A stretch of DNA of 64,000 bases from an uncultured Bacteriovoracaceae bacterium (GCA_964600235.1 CAZRIV010000013.1:21258-85257), one strand, 5' to 3'; positions 38,542-49,177 are shown, counted from the first letter of the stretch. Made by a program: numbers and translations. The notes: generated from the sequence alone by a model not told the origin.

Positions 38542-39684
38542 TTGAAAAAAATTCTCTTTGCATGTGCGCTATTGGTCTTGATCCTTGGATGCTCATCATC
38601 GAAACCCACACTGCTTGATGCGATCATATCGAATGATACTCCAGTCTCGGGCCAAAGGATCTTTGTACAGGTTAATACACTTACGGATAATCCTCCGATG
38701 ACCTACCAATGGACGACTACAGGCGGCACGCTCGATATCCCCGAAGCCACACCTTATGCGGCGTATTGGATAGCACCCCAGACTGCAGGTTCTTATACCA
38801 TTACCTGCACAGGGACTGACAACGATGAGAAAAAGGTAACGCATACCTTCCAGGTCCAGGTGCGACAGAGGGCATTAGAGAGCAATCTCGTCGGAACAGG
38901 GTTTGAGGTCATCACCATAGCCAAGGAAACAGAGTATAAAACCGGCGGGATTTGGGCCTCTGTGAAAGATAATATGCTCAGGTTCATCACCTCCACAACG
39001 AATGAGGAAAGCATCTGGGCTAAGGATTTCTACACCATGCTCACCAGAACTGATCCAACCACAATGGAATTCAAGGTGTGGGGTGTTGAATCCCCAGGCA
39101 ATAATCTCATTGAGCTTACTTCGTCCTCTGAAACTACCCTGACATGTTCTACTTGTTCGAGTTCTGATACAATAAGAACCCTGGCAATAGACGTCAACGT
39201 GCTGAGCACCCTCTGGGTGGGCACTGATTCGGGCCTTAATTATTATGATTCTTCATCTACATCCGAACCTTGGAGAAATTACTTTTTTGCACAGGTGAGA
39301 GACCTGTCAGAGGGACCGGATTATGTATATGCAGCAACTAGCGTAGGTTTATATAGACTTGATTACATCAATAAAGTACCGATTTATGGTGGCGATACCT
39401 GCGCGGTGCTTGCAGTGGACAACGAATCAGCAACCGAGGTGTGGTCTGTCGTTCAGGGAGCAATACAGAAAGACGGCGTTCAGTTGAGCACACAGCCGCC
39501 GGTCGCCATCTGCAGCCTTGACAAGGACATCCTCGGCAATATCTGGTGCGGTAAATACTGGTGGGATGGAACCAGGTGGAATGAAGTGCCGGGCCTTGAT
39601 TCCGTTACAATAGTAAAGTCTGTTGCCAGCATGGAAGGCCTTACTTACCTGCTTTCAGACTCAGGGGGTCTGTACCGCTGGTAG
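38542..39684 (+). CDS. Lipoprotein with Ig/PKD-like and propeller-like regions
   Basis: GGAGG plus TTG start; lipobox LILG-C; TYQWTTTGG PKD-like segment; LWVGTDSGL repeat. Confidence 0.6.
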   Translation: MKKILFACALLVLILGCSSSKPTLLDAIISNDTPVSGQRIFVQVNTLTDNPPMTYQWTTTGGTLDIPEATPYAAYWIAPQTAGSYTITCTGTDNDEKKVTHTFQVQVRQRALESNLVGTGFEVITIAKETEYKTGGIWASVKDNMLRFITSTTNEESIWAKDFYTMLTRTDPTTMEFKVWGVESPGNNLIELTSSSETTLTCSTCSSSDTIRTLAIDVNVLSTLWVGTDSGLNYYDSSSTSEPWRNYFFAQVRDLSEGPDYVYAATSVGLYRLDYINKVPIYGGDTCAVLAVDNESATEVWSVVQGAIQKDGVQLSTQPPVAICSLDKDILGNIWCGKYWWDGTRWNEVPGLDSVTIVKSVASMEGLTYLLSDSGGLYRW

Positions 39685-40230
39685 GTTTGTTCGCGATGCA
39701 ATGTCTTTTGCCATGCGTTCAAGGATGTTATTCAAAACTTCCTCGACATATGGCGACGGTACGGTTACACGTCGAAGCCATGTCATATGGAATGCAGCCA
39801 TACTTGAAGATGCCTTAACTGTATGGTGGAAGAGTGTCTGAGCCTTGTCCGCGCTGAGAATCCTTACCGTAAGAAACACAGTGGTAGGTGCATCATTACC
39901 CCCATAAAAAAGATGATCCAGCGACCCTGTAATAATGCAGCCCGTCCCCGGCTGAATGTTGTTTGAACAGGTTACCTGTCTGAAGGCCTTTTGGCCGATC
40001 AGATATTCTGTAAATCTTTGTGCCGTATACACCCCCCAATTTTCACCCTCCTTTGTGTCAAAAGGCATTACAACCGCTGTACTTAAATACATACCGGCCA
40101 AACCCTGGTCTATGGGCGTTGACTCTTCGAAGTGTCTGGTGGGCTTCACGAGTGCGCAACCGCTTGCTAAGATAATGAGTGCGAGTAAATGAAGAAACAA
40201 GATGGATCTAGTCAGATTAGTCTTTTCCAA
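39661..40230 (-). CDS. Hypothetical lipoprotein
   Basis: Lipobox LASG-C; AVVMPFD motif suggests a TolB-N/CsgG-like fold (weak). Confidence 0.55.
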   Translation of the reverse strand: MEKTNLTRSILFLHLLALIILASGCALVKPTRHFEESTPIDQGLAGMYLSTAVVMPFDTKEGENWGVYTAQRFTEYLIGQKAFRQVTCSNNIQPGTGCIITGSLDHLFYGGNDAPTTVFLTVRILSADKAQTLFHHTVKASSSMAAFHMTWLRRVTVPSPYVEEVLNNILERMAKDIASRTNLPAVQTP

Positions 40231-40414
40231 ACAGCTTATCCTCCCTTCTTCTTCACCTATTGCCGATATCGGGATTTAAGCACAGGATCTTTAAGAAGTG
40301 CCACGGCAGGATGCGACTCAGTCAACCATTATGATCACGTACAATATTTATACGAAAAGACAAGAAGCTACCCGGAAGTAATCTTTTTCTTGGGAGATAC
40401 TACTGCAGTACAAG

Positions 40415-40843
40415 CTATTTTTTCAGGCTGTTCCATAGCTTTTGATTGGGGGCCACCGCTGCTCCATTCAATTCCCCACGGTTGCCGTTTGAATCAATGG
40501 CAAAGGTTATGTCTCCTGCCTGGGGACTGCCTGCCTTGGGTGTTGCTCTGGCCACAAAACCCTGCGCCCAACTTCCCAGGGGATTAACGGTTATGGTGTA
40601 ATTGGCCGTATCCTGATTGGTGAGCCCTCTGTTAAGCATGAGGTCTGCGATGCTTTCATAACTGCTTGTCTCTGCATGTGCCTTCTCTTCATAGAGGGCA
40701 ACCGTTTCCAAAGCAGTGATTGCCTCAGCCCTTCTTGTCCTGGTTGTGTATCCGTTATAAGCAGGAATAGCAACAGCTGCAAGGATCCCCACGATAACCA
40801 CTACGATCATGATCTCCATGAGGGAAAAACCCTTCGTATTCAT
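40415..40843 (-). CDS. Type IV pilin (PilE-like)
   Basis: MNTKG|FSLMEIMIVVVIVGILAAVAIPAY prepilin cleavage motif with E5. Confidence 0.93.
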   Translation of the reverse strand: MNTKGFSLMEIMIVVVIVGILAAVAIPAYNGYTTRTRRAEAITALETVALYEEKAHAETSSYESIADLMLNRGLTNQDTANYTITVNPLGSWAQGFVARATPKAGSPQAGDITFAIDSNGNRGELNGAAVAPNQKLWNSLKK

Positions 40844-41192
40844 CAACTGTCTCCTTTCCGGATATGGATCACACATACTTATCGGCACGATCTTCAAGTT
40901 GCAATAGGATACTTCATTACAAAAGCTCATGCATGACCGTCATGTCCGGGGCCGGCTACAAGGAGGTATGGAATAATGTCTCAGGATGTCTAAGGGCAAA
41001 CCATTCACAATTTCAACCATTATGAGCACATATACAACTTTCTCCTTATACGTTAATCCTTATATCCTTTAGGGACCGATATTCCGGTTTGTTTATCCAG
41101 GACCGCTTCGGCGCCTGCAAGGGCCTTGTACAATATGTTACCTGAGAGGCGCACCCTTGACTCTCTTGATCTTCGGATATATGGAGGGAATC

Positions 41193-42506
41193 ATGAAGGG
41201 CCGCATCAAGATATTCACCTATGGCTGCCAGATGAATGACCTGGACAGCCTTAAAATGTACTCAGCTCTTTCTCAAATGGGCTTCTCTCCCGCCGGAGGC
41301 ACGAAAGATGCCGACATTATCATCCTCAACACCTGTTCCGTGAGGCAGAAAGCCTATGAAAAGGCCATCAGCAATCTGGGAAGGCTGAAGGCCCATAAGA
41401 CGAAAAGACCTTCTCTTATCATCGCGGTAACCGGCTGTGTCGCGCAACAGGAAGGCACTGCCCTCAGGGAACGTATGCCCCATGTGGATATCATTCTGGG
41501 TACCCACCAACTGCACCGGCTGCCCGACCTCATCAAGAAAGTGCTCGAAGAAAAACAATCTGTCACTGAGATAGAATTTTCAGATTGTATCCCGTCCATG
41601 GACATAGTCCCTGATATAGAATGTTCAGACCAACGTCATCGTGCCTACATTAACATCATGCAAGGGTGCGACAACTACTGTACATACTGCATCGTGCCCT
41701 ATGTGCGTGGCCATGAGATCAGCAGGGATTATAGAAAAATCACCGAGGAGATCCGGCAGCACACATCGCGGGGGGTCAAAGAAATCTTTCTGCTCGGCCA
41801 GAATGTCAATTCCTACAACGGCGGCATGACCTTCCCGGATCTATTGAGGGATTTGAGCTCAATAGCCTCTCTGGAACGTATCCGCTTCACCACATCCCAC
41901 CCGAAGGATGTGAGCGATAATCTTATTTCATGCTTTAAAGACCTCAACAAATTATGCAGTCACATACACCTCCCGTTTCAGTCCGGATCCAATCGTGTGC
42001 TCAAGGCAATGAACCGGCATTATACTCACCAGTCATATCTCGATCTCATCGAGCGGCTGCGTACCGCCAGGCCCGATATTGCATTCAGTGCGGATGTCAT
42101 GGTGGGTTTTCCAGGAGAGGATGAACAAGATTATAGCGATACCCTGGACATCATCAAAACAGTGCGGTTTGATGTGCTTTATTCATTCAAGTACTCAGTT
42201 CGTCCCGGGACCGCTTCTGCTGCGCTGGATGATACGGTGTCTCCTGAGGAAAAGAGCATGCGGCTACAGGAGTTACAGAACCTTCAGAAAAGGATAACCC
42301 TGGAAAAGAACCGGGAGTATATCGGAAACACCTTTCATGTCCTGGTTGATGGAATAAGCCATAAAAATCCCAATCAGGTTTATGGAAGAACGTCACATAA
42401 CACTATTGTGAATTTTTCAGGTGAAAAGGGACTTATCGGGAAAATCCTGCCTGTACGCATCACTCGCGCCAACCAGAATTCTCTCACAGGAGAGATCACT
42501 TCTTAA
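41193..42506 (+). CDS. miaB: tRNA-i6A37 methylthiotransferase
   Basis: TYGCQMN, NTCSVRQKA, GCVAQ, GCDNYCTYCIVP, FTTSHP, C-terminal TRAM domain. Confidence 0.95.
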   Translation: MKGRIKIFTYGCQMNDLDSLKMYSALSQMGFSPAGGTKDADIIILNTCSVRQKAYEKAISNLGRLKAHKTKRPSLIIAVTGCVAQQEGTALRERMPHVDIILGTHQLHRLPDLIKKVLEEKQSVTEIEFSDCIPSMDIVPDIECSDQRHRAYINIMQGCDNYCTYCIVPYVRGHEISRDYRKITEEIRQHTSRGVKEIFLLGQNVNSYNGGMTFPDLLRDLSSIASLERIRFTTSHPKDVSDNLISCFKDLNKLCSHIHLPFQSGSNRVLKAMNRHYTHQSYLDLIERLRTARPDIAFSADVMVGFPGEDEQDYSDTLDIIKTVRFDVLYSFKYSVRPGTASAALDDTVSPEEKSMRLQELQNLQKRITLEKNREYIGNTFHVLVDGISHKNPNQVYGRTSHNTIVNFSGEKGLIGKILPVRITRANQNSLTGEITS

Positions 42507-42586
42507 ATAACCGATCTACAACCAGCTGTCATCTTTTCCATTTCTTCTTTGATCCATGAGTCCTCAAGTGGTATGAACAATAAACC

Positions 42587-43501
42587 ATGGAACAGCCCAA
42601 ACGGTGGCCTACCATCCTTCTCCTCATCATTATTCAAATTGCCTGGCTTATAGTCCTTGTCATTGGAGTTGTATGGTATATCCATTACCGTCATATCAGC
42701 ATACGCCCCATAGGCGTATGGGATATCGTCATCATTAGCGAGGTATCCATCCTTTTCACCCTTATCCTCGCAGGAATATACGCCCTCTTCATACTCTATC
42801 AGAGGCAACTTACCCTCTTGAGAACCCAGATTCATATCCTCCATTCTGTTACCCATGCATTCAAGACACCTCTGGCAACCATGCAACTTTATCTTGAAAC
42901 AATTGCCAAGCGGGAACTCCCCGAAGAAACAAAGACAGAACTTTTAAATGGCATGGTCACGGTAACCCAGCGATTGAAATCTCTGGTCGACAATTTTCTG
43001 GAAAGCGCCCGTCTGAGTTCCAGCCGGAGACCATATACGTTCTCTCCGACCTCATTACCCCAACTCATCTATTCCTACAGGCTCAATAATGAGGTTTTTC
43101 TCAAAGATGTTGAGCTGCACATCCACACTAAGGACGATACTATCCCCGTTCTGGTGGACAGTGATGCACTAGAAATGGTCTTCTCAAACCTCATAGAAAA
43201 CGCTATTCATTATTCGAGCTTATCCCCTCGTGTGGATATAAAGATGTGGAAGGATGACAGGTGGGCATTTATTGAATTTTCTGATAGAGGGATTGGTATA
43301 CCCGAAGAAAAATACCGGGATATATTCAAGAGGTTTCAGAGACTCCCTGAAGGGGCGCGCCTCTGGGGTTCCGGAACCGGCATGGGTCTGTACGTGGTTA
43401 AGAATATTATAAAGGCACATGGAGGTATTATCAGAGTGACGACTGGTGATAAGGGAGAGGGCACCTCCTTCAGGATACAGTTGCCCACTGTTCGATCATG
43501 A
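42587..43501 (+). CDS. Membrane sensor histidine kinase (HisKA/HATPase)
   Basis: Two TM segments, H-box THAFKTPL, NLIENAIHY, DRGIGI, GTGMGL. Confidence 0.9.
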   Translation: MEQPKRWPTILLLIIIQIAWLIVLVIGVVWYIHYRHISIRPIGVWDIVIISEVSILFTLILAGIYALFILYQRQLTLLRTQIHILHSVTHAFKTPLATMQLYLETIAKRELPEETKTELLNGMVTVTQRLKSLVDNFLESARLSSSRRPYTFSPTSLPQLIYSYRLNNEVFLKDVELHIHTKDDTIPVLVDSDALEMVFSNLIENAIHYSSLSPRVDIKMWKDDRWAFIEFSDRGIGIPEEKYRDIFKRFQRLPEGARLWGSGTGMGLYVVKNIIKAHGGIIRVTTGDKGEGTSFRIQLPTVRS

Positions 43502-44187
43502 CAATAAAATGGCGCATTCTCATAATCGAAGATGACCATGCACTCTCTCTGGGTCTCAGGATCAATCTCGAGGCTGAGGGTTACGAGGTACTCCACGCCC
43601 TCTCAGCTGAAGAAGGTCTGGCAATCCTTGAAAGCTCCAGTGTCGACCTTGTTGTTCTCGATCTCATGCTGCCCGGAATGGATGGAGTTGAAGCACTTGA
43701 GCATATAAGAGCCGAAAACCTTAAGCTGCCGGTACTCATCCTGACTGCGCGCTCCTCGGTCGATGACAAGATTGGAGGGCTGAAGGCCGGTGCTGATGAT
43801 TACCTAACCAAGCCCTTTCACCTGGAAGAATTCCTTCTCAGGGTGCACAGGATGTTGGACCGCTATCAATGGTATAAGAATGAGGATGTGCTGTTGATCG
43901 ACGAAACCAGAGTCGATTTCAACACCCTGGAGATTATGGATAATTCAGGAAATATATCACGCATTACCCCTCATGAGGCAAACCTTATCCAGTATCTTAT
44001 CCTCCACCAGGACCGCATTGTAACTCGCTCTGAGCTCCTGAAAAATGTCTGGGGCCTTGATCCTGACCTTGAAACCAGAACCGTGGATACATTTATTTCC
44101 CGGATAAGGAGGTATATTGAGAAGGACCCCTCCAGGCCCGAGCATATTATCAGCATCAGAGGCAAGGGCTATCGCTTCATGCCATAG
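43498..44187 (+). CDS. OmpR-family response regulator
   Basis: IIEDD, LDLMLPGMDG, GADDYLTKPF, winged-helix RTVDTFISRIR..SIRGKGY. Confidence 0.95.
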   Translation: MTIKWRILIIEDDHALSLGLRINLEAEGYEVLHALSAEEGLAILESSSVDLVVLDLMLPGMDGVEALEHIRAENLKLPVLILTARSSVDDKIGGLKAGADDYLTKPFHLEEFLLRVHRMLDRYQWYKNEDVLLIDETRVDFNTLEIMDNSGNISRITPHEANLIQYLILHQDRIVTRSELLKNVWGLDPDLETRTVDTFISRIRRYIEKDPSRPEHIISIRGKGYRFMP

Positions 44188-44310
44188 GTACAGACCTCTT
44201 GCATGACATACATGCAGTTTATATTTTCCAGCTGCAAGGTTGAATCGGGGATGAGCATCCTTTACAATAGTAAAGAGCTTGAGAGACCTGATCTGTAAGG
44301 AGATACCCAT

Positions 44311-45099
44311 ATGAGAAAACACATAATAAGATCTTTAAGCCTGTTTTTGATATCTGGCGTTATCATCATCTCCTTGTATGGCTGTGCTACTGCCCCTTAC
44401 ACCGGCAGGAAACAGATACTCTTGATATCAGAGGGTGAGGAAATGTCTCTTGGTCTCAAGGCCTATCAGGAGACCCTTAAGAAGGAAAAGGTTTCCACGG
44501 ATCCCAAAATCAATTCCATGGTCAAAAGGGTGGGTACCCGTATTGCTGCTGTTGCAAACAAACCTGGGTATGCCTGGGAGTTCACGGTAATAGACAACGC
44601 TAAAACCGTTAATGCCTTTGCCCTGCCGGGCGGGAAAGTGGCGATCTACACCGGCATCCTCCCGTACACCCAGACAGAGGCAGGACTAGCATTTGTTATT
44701 GCTCACGAAGTAGGCCATGCCATCGCCCGCCATGGCGGCGAGAGAATGAGTGAACAACTCCTCTTGCAGTTAGGACAGCAGGGGCTCAACATCGCCATTG
44801 CAAGCAAGAGCCCTGCAGCGATTGAAGCAATAAACACAGGATACGGACTGGCATCAACTGTTGGTGTTATCCTTCCCTTCAGCAGGAAAATGGAGTACGA
44901 GGCAGACCGCATCGGCTTGATTCTCATGGCTAAGGCAGGCTATGACCCAAGAGAAGCACCCGGTTTTTTCGAACGTATGATGAAGTCCTCAAAACAAGCT
45001 GCACCACCTGAATTTCTCTCTACTCACCCTGCTGACCAACAACGCATCAGACAACTTCATGCGCTCATTCCGGAGGCTTTGACCTACTATCATAAATAG
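44311..45099 (+). CDS. M48 family metallopeptidase lipoprotein
   Basis: LYG-C lipobox, NAFALPGG, AHEVGH (HExxH), EYEADRIG, FLSTHP. Confidence 0.93.
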   Translation: MRKHIIRSLSLFLISGVIIISLYGCATAPYTGRKQILLISEGEEMSLGLKAYQETLKKEKVSTDPKINSMVKRVGTRIAAVANKPGYAWEFTVIDNAKTVNAFALPGGKVAIYTGILPYTQTEAGLAFVIAHEVGHAIARHGGERMSEQLLLQLGQQGLNIAIASKSPAAIEAINTGYGLASTVGVILPFSRKMEYEADRIGLILMAKAGYDPREAPGFFERMMKSSKQAAPPEFLSTHPADQQRIRQLHALIPEALTYYHK

Positions 45100-45122
45100 C
45101 TGCCCTTGATACAATCTCACCT

Positions 45123-45169
45123 TTGACACATGGGAGACAATGTTTTATATGAATCTTATAGTTTAACTT
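45123..45169 (+). promoter_or_regulatory. sigma70 promoter plus conserved 24-nt motif upstream of merR
   Basis: TTGACA-N17-TATATG; tatatgaatcttatagtttaactt (45146-45169). Confidence 0.6.
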
Positions 45170-45187
45170 CATGCTTAAAAGGAGAAG

Positions 45188-45883
45188 GTGATGGGGCTGA
45201 AAATCGGGGAAATTGCTAAGAAAAGTAACGTGCCCCCCTCAACAATACGCTACTACGTACGCCAAGGGCTTCTTCCGGAACCGGATAAAGTAAATAAAAG
45301 CATGGCATACTATGATGAAGGGTGCATAGAGAAAATCCTTGCAATACGTCATCTCCAGGAGCGTAGATATTTTCCTTTGTCAGTTATTAAGAATATCCTG
45401 AGGAGAATGGAACAGGGTCTCAGCTTGGATGAGGCTGAAGCTATCGAGGATGCTGTCTTCGGGGCGCAACCTGAGACATGCGAGAATGCCATGGACAAGA
45501 CCCAGTTTCTCGAAGCGTCCGGTCTATCCCAAGATGAACTTCAAACAGCACTTAAAATCGGGCTCATGGTCCCCTATCTCCAGGAGAAAGGGCGAACCGT
45601 CTATAACCAAGAAGATGTCCGCTTTGCGAAAGAAGTCATTAAAAAAATTATCTCTTTCGGACAAGATCTTCACGATCTGAGCTTTTACGTTGAACTTGGC
45701 AATCGAATTGTAGACCATGAGATGAATCTTCGAAAAAATGCCGTCAAGGGTTTATCAAGCCAGGATAATATCCGCATCACCACTGAAATCTCGAAAATGG
45801 CAGATCACCTGAGGGGGTATATCATCCGAAGACTCTTCCAGAGAAGGGTTCAGGCCGCCATTCAAAAGAGCCTAAGTGAATGA
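45188..45883 (+). CDS. MerR-family transcriptional regulator
   Basis: LKIGEIAKKSNVPPSTIRYYVRQGLLP; second HTH-like repeat mid-protein. Confidence 0.9.
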   Translation: MMGLKIGEIAKKSNVPPSTIRYYVRQGLLPEPDKVNKSMAYYDEGCIEKILAIRHLQERRYFPLSVIKNILRRMEQGLSLDEAEAIEDAVFGAQPETCENAMDKTQFLEASGLSQDELQTALKIGLMVPYLQEKGRTVYNQEDVRFAKEVIKKIISFGQDLHDLSFYVELGNRIVDHEMNLRKNAVKGLSSQDNIRITTEISKMADHLRGYIIRRLFQRRVQAAIQKSLSE

Positions 45884-46494
45884 TGCAGGAAACATATCCT
45901 TATCTCATCATACTATATTCATAACCAATTGAATATCCATGATATGAATGAGTAAATTCTTCCTCATCTCAGTGAATCGCTCTCCTGGTTCGCACAAAGG
46001 TCTCTAGAATATATCAATGGACTCCCCGTAGAAGTGGTCCAGATAGCCCTCACAAGAAAGGCTAGAAACCTCCACGGGCAGAACTTCCCTGAGTTTCGCA
46101 GTTGGCTTGTATAGCTAGAATATATGAAGCACTTGGATATTTTCTTTCCATAAACAATGAAATACTTTTCCAATATCCATTGAATTTGAGAGATACATGA
46201 TCATAACGCACCGAAATTTAAGCCCCATGCATTGAGCATGAATTTTGCAACACAAGCATTTGATTACTTTTTTTTGTGATAGAGTTAATCACATTGTATA
46301 ATACCGTTAGGGTAATATCTCCATTATGGGAGGAACGTGAAACAGGGATAGGCATAAGTTCTTCATGTCCCGATTAAGCATGAGGTCTTTGTCCATCAGG
46401 GCATATGGATAAAGACAATCAACAGACATTGCTGTGACACAAAAAAGCTTAATTCTAATTAGCGTATGTAACAGATCAGCAGAAGGGATATTAT

Positions 46495-47769
46495 ATGCAG
46501 CGAGTTCTCTCGGAAGCCAGGACTAATTTTATCCTCATGTTGGGTTTGGGTATTTTATTCTTCACCCTCATCGTTATTGAAGGATGCAGCCAGGGGGGTG
46601 GAGGCCCAACCATACTAAGACCCGAGGGTACGTATAAAACCGGTTTTTTCATTGACAGCACAGTTGAAGGCCTTCAGTACCGATGCATCACCTGGTCCGG
46701 CACAACTGATTCTCAAGGAAGATTTTTTTATAATGATGGAGAGGAAATAACTTTTTCCGTTGGAGGCGTTGTTCTAGGCCGCACATCAGCAAAAGGCATC
46801 ATTACCCCGGTCGATCTGGACAATACGGCCCAACCAAACTTCAGCACGGAAGCTGTTAATATCAGCCGATTCCTTCTGTCCCTTGACGAAGACCTAACCC
46901 CTGATAACGGCATAAAAATTCCCCAGAGTGTCACTGATTCACTGAAGGGCATCAGCGTGGATTTCTCAAACCCTGACCTGGACAACGATGCCGGCGTAAA
47001 AGAAATGTTCGAAATACTCAACGGCAGCGGCATCTATCCAGAAGAGGAAGCTCGAGGCCTCGTTCCTTACGAGACAGCAGAACTCCATCTCGAAAAGTCC
47101 CTAAACCAGCTTGCAGAGGCAGAAGCCGAGGCAGAAGACGCACTCTCGAGATTAGAACTCCGCGCATCCATTGTTCCACCATCCTCAAGTATAATTATGA
47201 TCGAAAACCAGTCCTTGGACCTTCAGGGGTCTGTAAATGGCGGTAAAGCTCCATACACCTACACCTGGAATATCAACAATGAGAAACCATTTTCAACAAG
47301 ACTAAGCCCCGGCATCTACACATTCAAAAGCAAAGGATCCTATATCCTTGCCTTTACAGCCGTCGACAGCCTCGGCGCAACAAACTCTGATATTCGGCAC
47401 ATCTCTGTCTTTGGACCAGAGACACAGGAAGGCCAGACCGAAGCTGATTCCATCCCTTCCGTATCAATCATTGGGCAACCCCTTGGTGGTGTAATCAAGG
47501 CAGGAAGCACGGTTGATTTCCAGGCAGTAATTTACAATGGAAACCTTCCGCTCTACTATGCATGGTCATTCCACCCAGCTTCCGGGAATACCTACAGTCC
47601 CAGGGATGAGACCGTAATGTGTATTCCTCCCAGGACCTATATGGCAACACAAAGCATCACCTTGAATGTTCCCGGATCAAACGAAGTTTCCTTAGCTATT
47701 AAGGATACTTCCGTCAGTGGCAAAACCCCGGATACTCATGCATCAAGAACGACGATTACTGTGGAATAA
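46495..47769 (+). CDS. Hypothetical lipoprotein with PKD-like domains
   Basis: IEG-C lipobox, GFFIDSTVEGLQY...GTTDSQGRF, GGKAPYTYTW. Confidence 0.6.
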   Translation: MQRVLSEARTNFILMLGLGILFFTLIVIEGCSQGGGGPTILRPEGTYKTGFFIDSTVEGLQYRCITWSGTTDSQGRFFYNDGEEITFSVGGVVLGRTSAKGIITPVDLDNTAQPNFSTEAVNISRFLLSLDEDLTPDNGIKIPQSVTDSLKGISVDFSNPDLDNDAGVKEMFEILNGSGIYPEEEARGLVPYETAELHLEKSLNQLAEAEAEAEDALSRLELRASIVPPSSSIIMIENQSLDLQGSVNGGKAPYTYTWNINNEKPFSTRLSPGIYTFKSKGSYILAFTAVDSLGATNSDIRHISVFGPETQEGQTEADSIPSVSIIGQPLGGVIKAGSTVDFQAVIYNGNLPLYYAWSFHPASGNTYSPRDETVMCIPPRTYMATQSITLNVPGSNEVSLAIKDTSVSGKTPDTHASRTTITVE

Positions 47770-47859
47770 AGGATAATTTTTTAGCACTTAATCGCACGTA
47801 GCTTAAAAAATATCGCTCGATTCATCACGAAAGGTTATCCTGAAAGTATAAAACTGACC

Positions 47860-47907
47860 TTGACAATGCAGATATCGTTCCAGTATATAAACCTTATAGT
47901 TTAACTT
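47860..47907 (+). promoter_or_regulatory. sigma70 promoter plus second copy of the 24-nt motif
   Basis: TTGACA-N18-TATATA; tatataaaccttatagtttaactt (47884-47907), 22/24 identical to the merR copy. Confidence 0.6.
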
Positions 47908-47981
47908 TAATCTTTATAACACTGACGGAGTATTATCGAGAGGGAGTCCTCTTCATAAAAACCAATCTTAGGGAGTAACAT

Positions 47982-49115
47982 ATGAAGACACGCATAACTG
48001 AGCTCTTCGGTATCAAGCATCCCATTGTCCTTTCCGGCATGAGCTGGATTAGTGTACCAAAGATGGTTGCAGCCGTATCCAATGCAGGCGGACTTGGAAT
48101 CCTTGCCACCGGCCCGCTTGATGCCGAACAGACACGCGCTGCCATCAAGGAGATCAAATCTCTTACCAACAAGCCCTTCGGGACAAATACTACCCTACTC
48201 TTTCCCGGGGCTGCTGATAATGCACGGGTGGCCCTTGAAGAGAAGGTTCCCGTCATCAACTTCTCGCTGGGCAAAGGCGACTGGATAGTCAAAGCTGCTC
48301 ATGAATATGGTGGTAAAGTTGTGGCGACCGTAGTCAACCATAAGCATGCCAAACGCGCCCAGGACTATGGATGTGATGCACTACTCGTAACCGGCCATGA
48401 GGCTGCGGCCCACGGCGGAGATGCCACCACTTTCTGCCTTGTTCCAAGCATTGCAAATGCGGTCAGCATCCCCATAATAGCTGCAGGAGGAATCGCCGAT
48501 GGAAGGGGGCTTGCCGCCGCATTTGCGCTGGGCGCAGATGCCGCCGCCATGGGAACCCGGCTTATGTCAACGAAGGAAAGCCCGCTCCATGATAATTACA
48601 AGCAGCTCTCCATCCAGAAGGAAGTCTATGATACCTTGTATTCAACCCGCTTTGACGGTCTCGGGTGCAGGGTGCTGGACACAAAGGCAGCCAGAAATGC
48701 CGTCCGACAGGGACTGAACATCAGAAAGCTCATTGAAGCCCTGCCCAACTCCGTCGGCATCGCCAACCAACTCCATCTCCCCTACTTCAAACTCTTCCTG
48801 GGCGTTATGGCCTCCGGATGGAAGAACGCCAGGCAGCTTGCATTCATGGCGAATGCCTTCAAGGCTATACGCGTTGCCACAGAGGATGGCGACCTTAAAA
48901 ACGGCGTGCTGCCTGTGGGTCAGGCAACAGGACTCATGAGAGACATACCTACTGTTGCAGAGGCAATAGAGCGAACAGTGAAAGAGGCTGAAGAGATATC
49001 CATGAATCTCGCAAGAATGGCAACGGGAGCGCAAAGGGTTCCTTCTTCCGAGAATCCGAAACCGAAGACGGATAAATCAAGCCGCAAACCGGCAACCAAA
49101 AAAGCTAAAGCGTAA
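47982..49115 (+). CDS. Nitronate monooxygenase / FabK-like flavoenzyme
   Basis: LFGIKHPIV, VSNAGGLG, GHEAAAHGG, IIAAGGIADGRG, MGTR. Confidence 0.9.
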   Translation: MKTRITELFGIKHPIVLSGMSWISVPKMVAAVSNAGGLGILATGPLDAEQTRAAIKEIKSLTNKPFGTNTTLLFPGAADNARVALEEKVPVINFSLGKGDWIVKAAHEYGGKVVATVVNHKHAKRAQDYGCDALLVTGHEAAAHGGDATTFCLVPSIANAVSIPIIAAGGIADGRGLAAAFALGADAAAMGTRLMSTKESPLHDNYKQLSIQKEVYDTLYSTRFDGLGCRVLDTKAARNAVRQGLNIRKLIEALPNSVGIANQLHLPYFKLFLGVMASGWKNARQLAFMANAFKAIRVATEDGDLKNGVLPVGQATGLMRDIPTVAEAIERTVKEAEEISMNLARMATGAQRVPSSENPKPKTDKSSRKPATKKAKA

Positions 49116-49142
49116 TATACAGATCAGGTTAAATAAAAAATC

Positions 49143-49177
49143 AAGCGGTCATGACCAATCACGGATCATGACCGCTT
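49143..49177. terminator. Bidirectional terminator-like hairpin between convergent paralogues
   Basis: aagcggtcatga-11 nt-tcatgaccgctt with A/T tracts on both sides. Confidence 0.75.

Noticed and set aside
40993-41006. agggcaaaccattc resembles the start of a c-di-GMP-I riboswitch
   Set aside because: The following GAAA tetraloop stem and GGGACGCAAAGCC segment are absent; likely a chance match.
46240-46260. sigma54 promoter (gagcatgaattttgca)
   Set aside because: The invariant GG at -24 is missing.
45884-46494. 600-bp AT-rich intergenic region with a 69-aa ORF
   Set aside because: No RBS, motif, repeat or similarity to the dispersed element could be seen.
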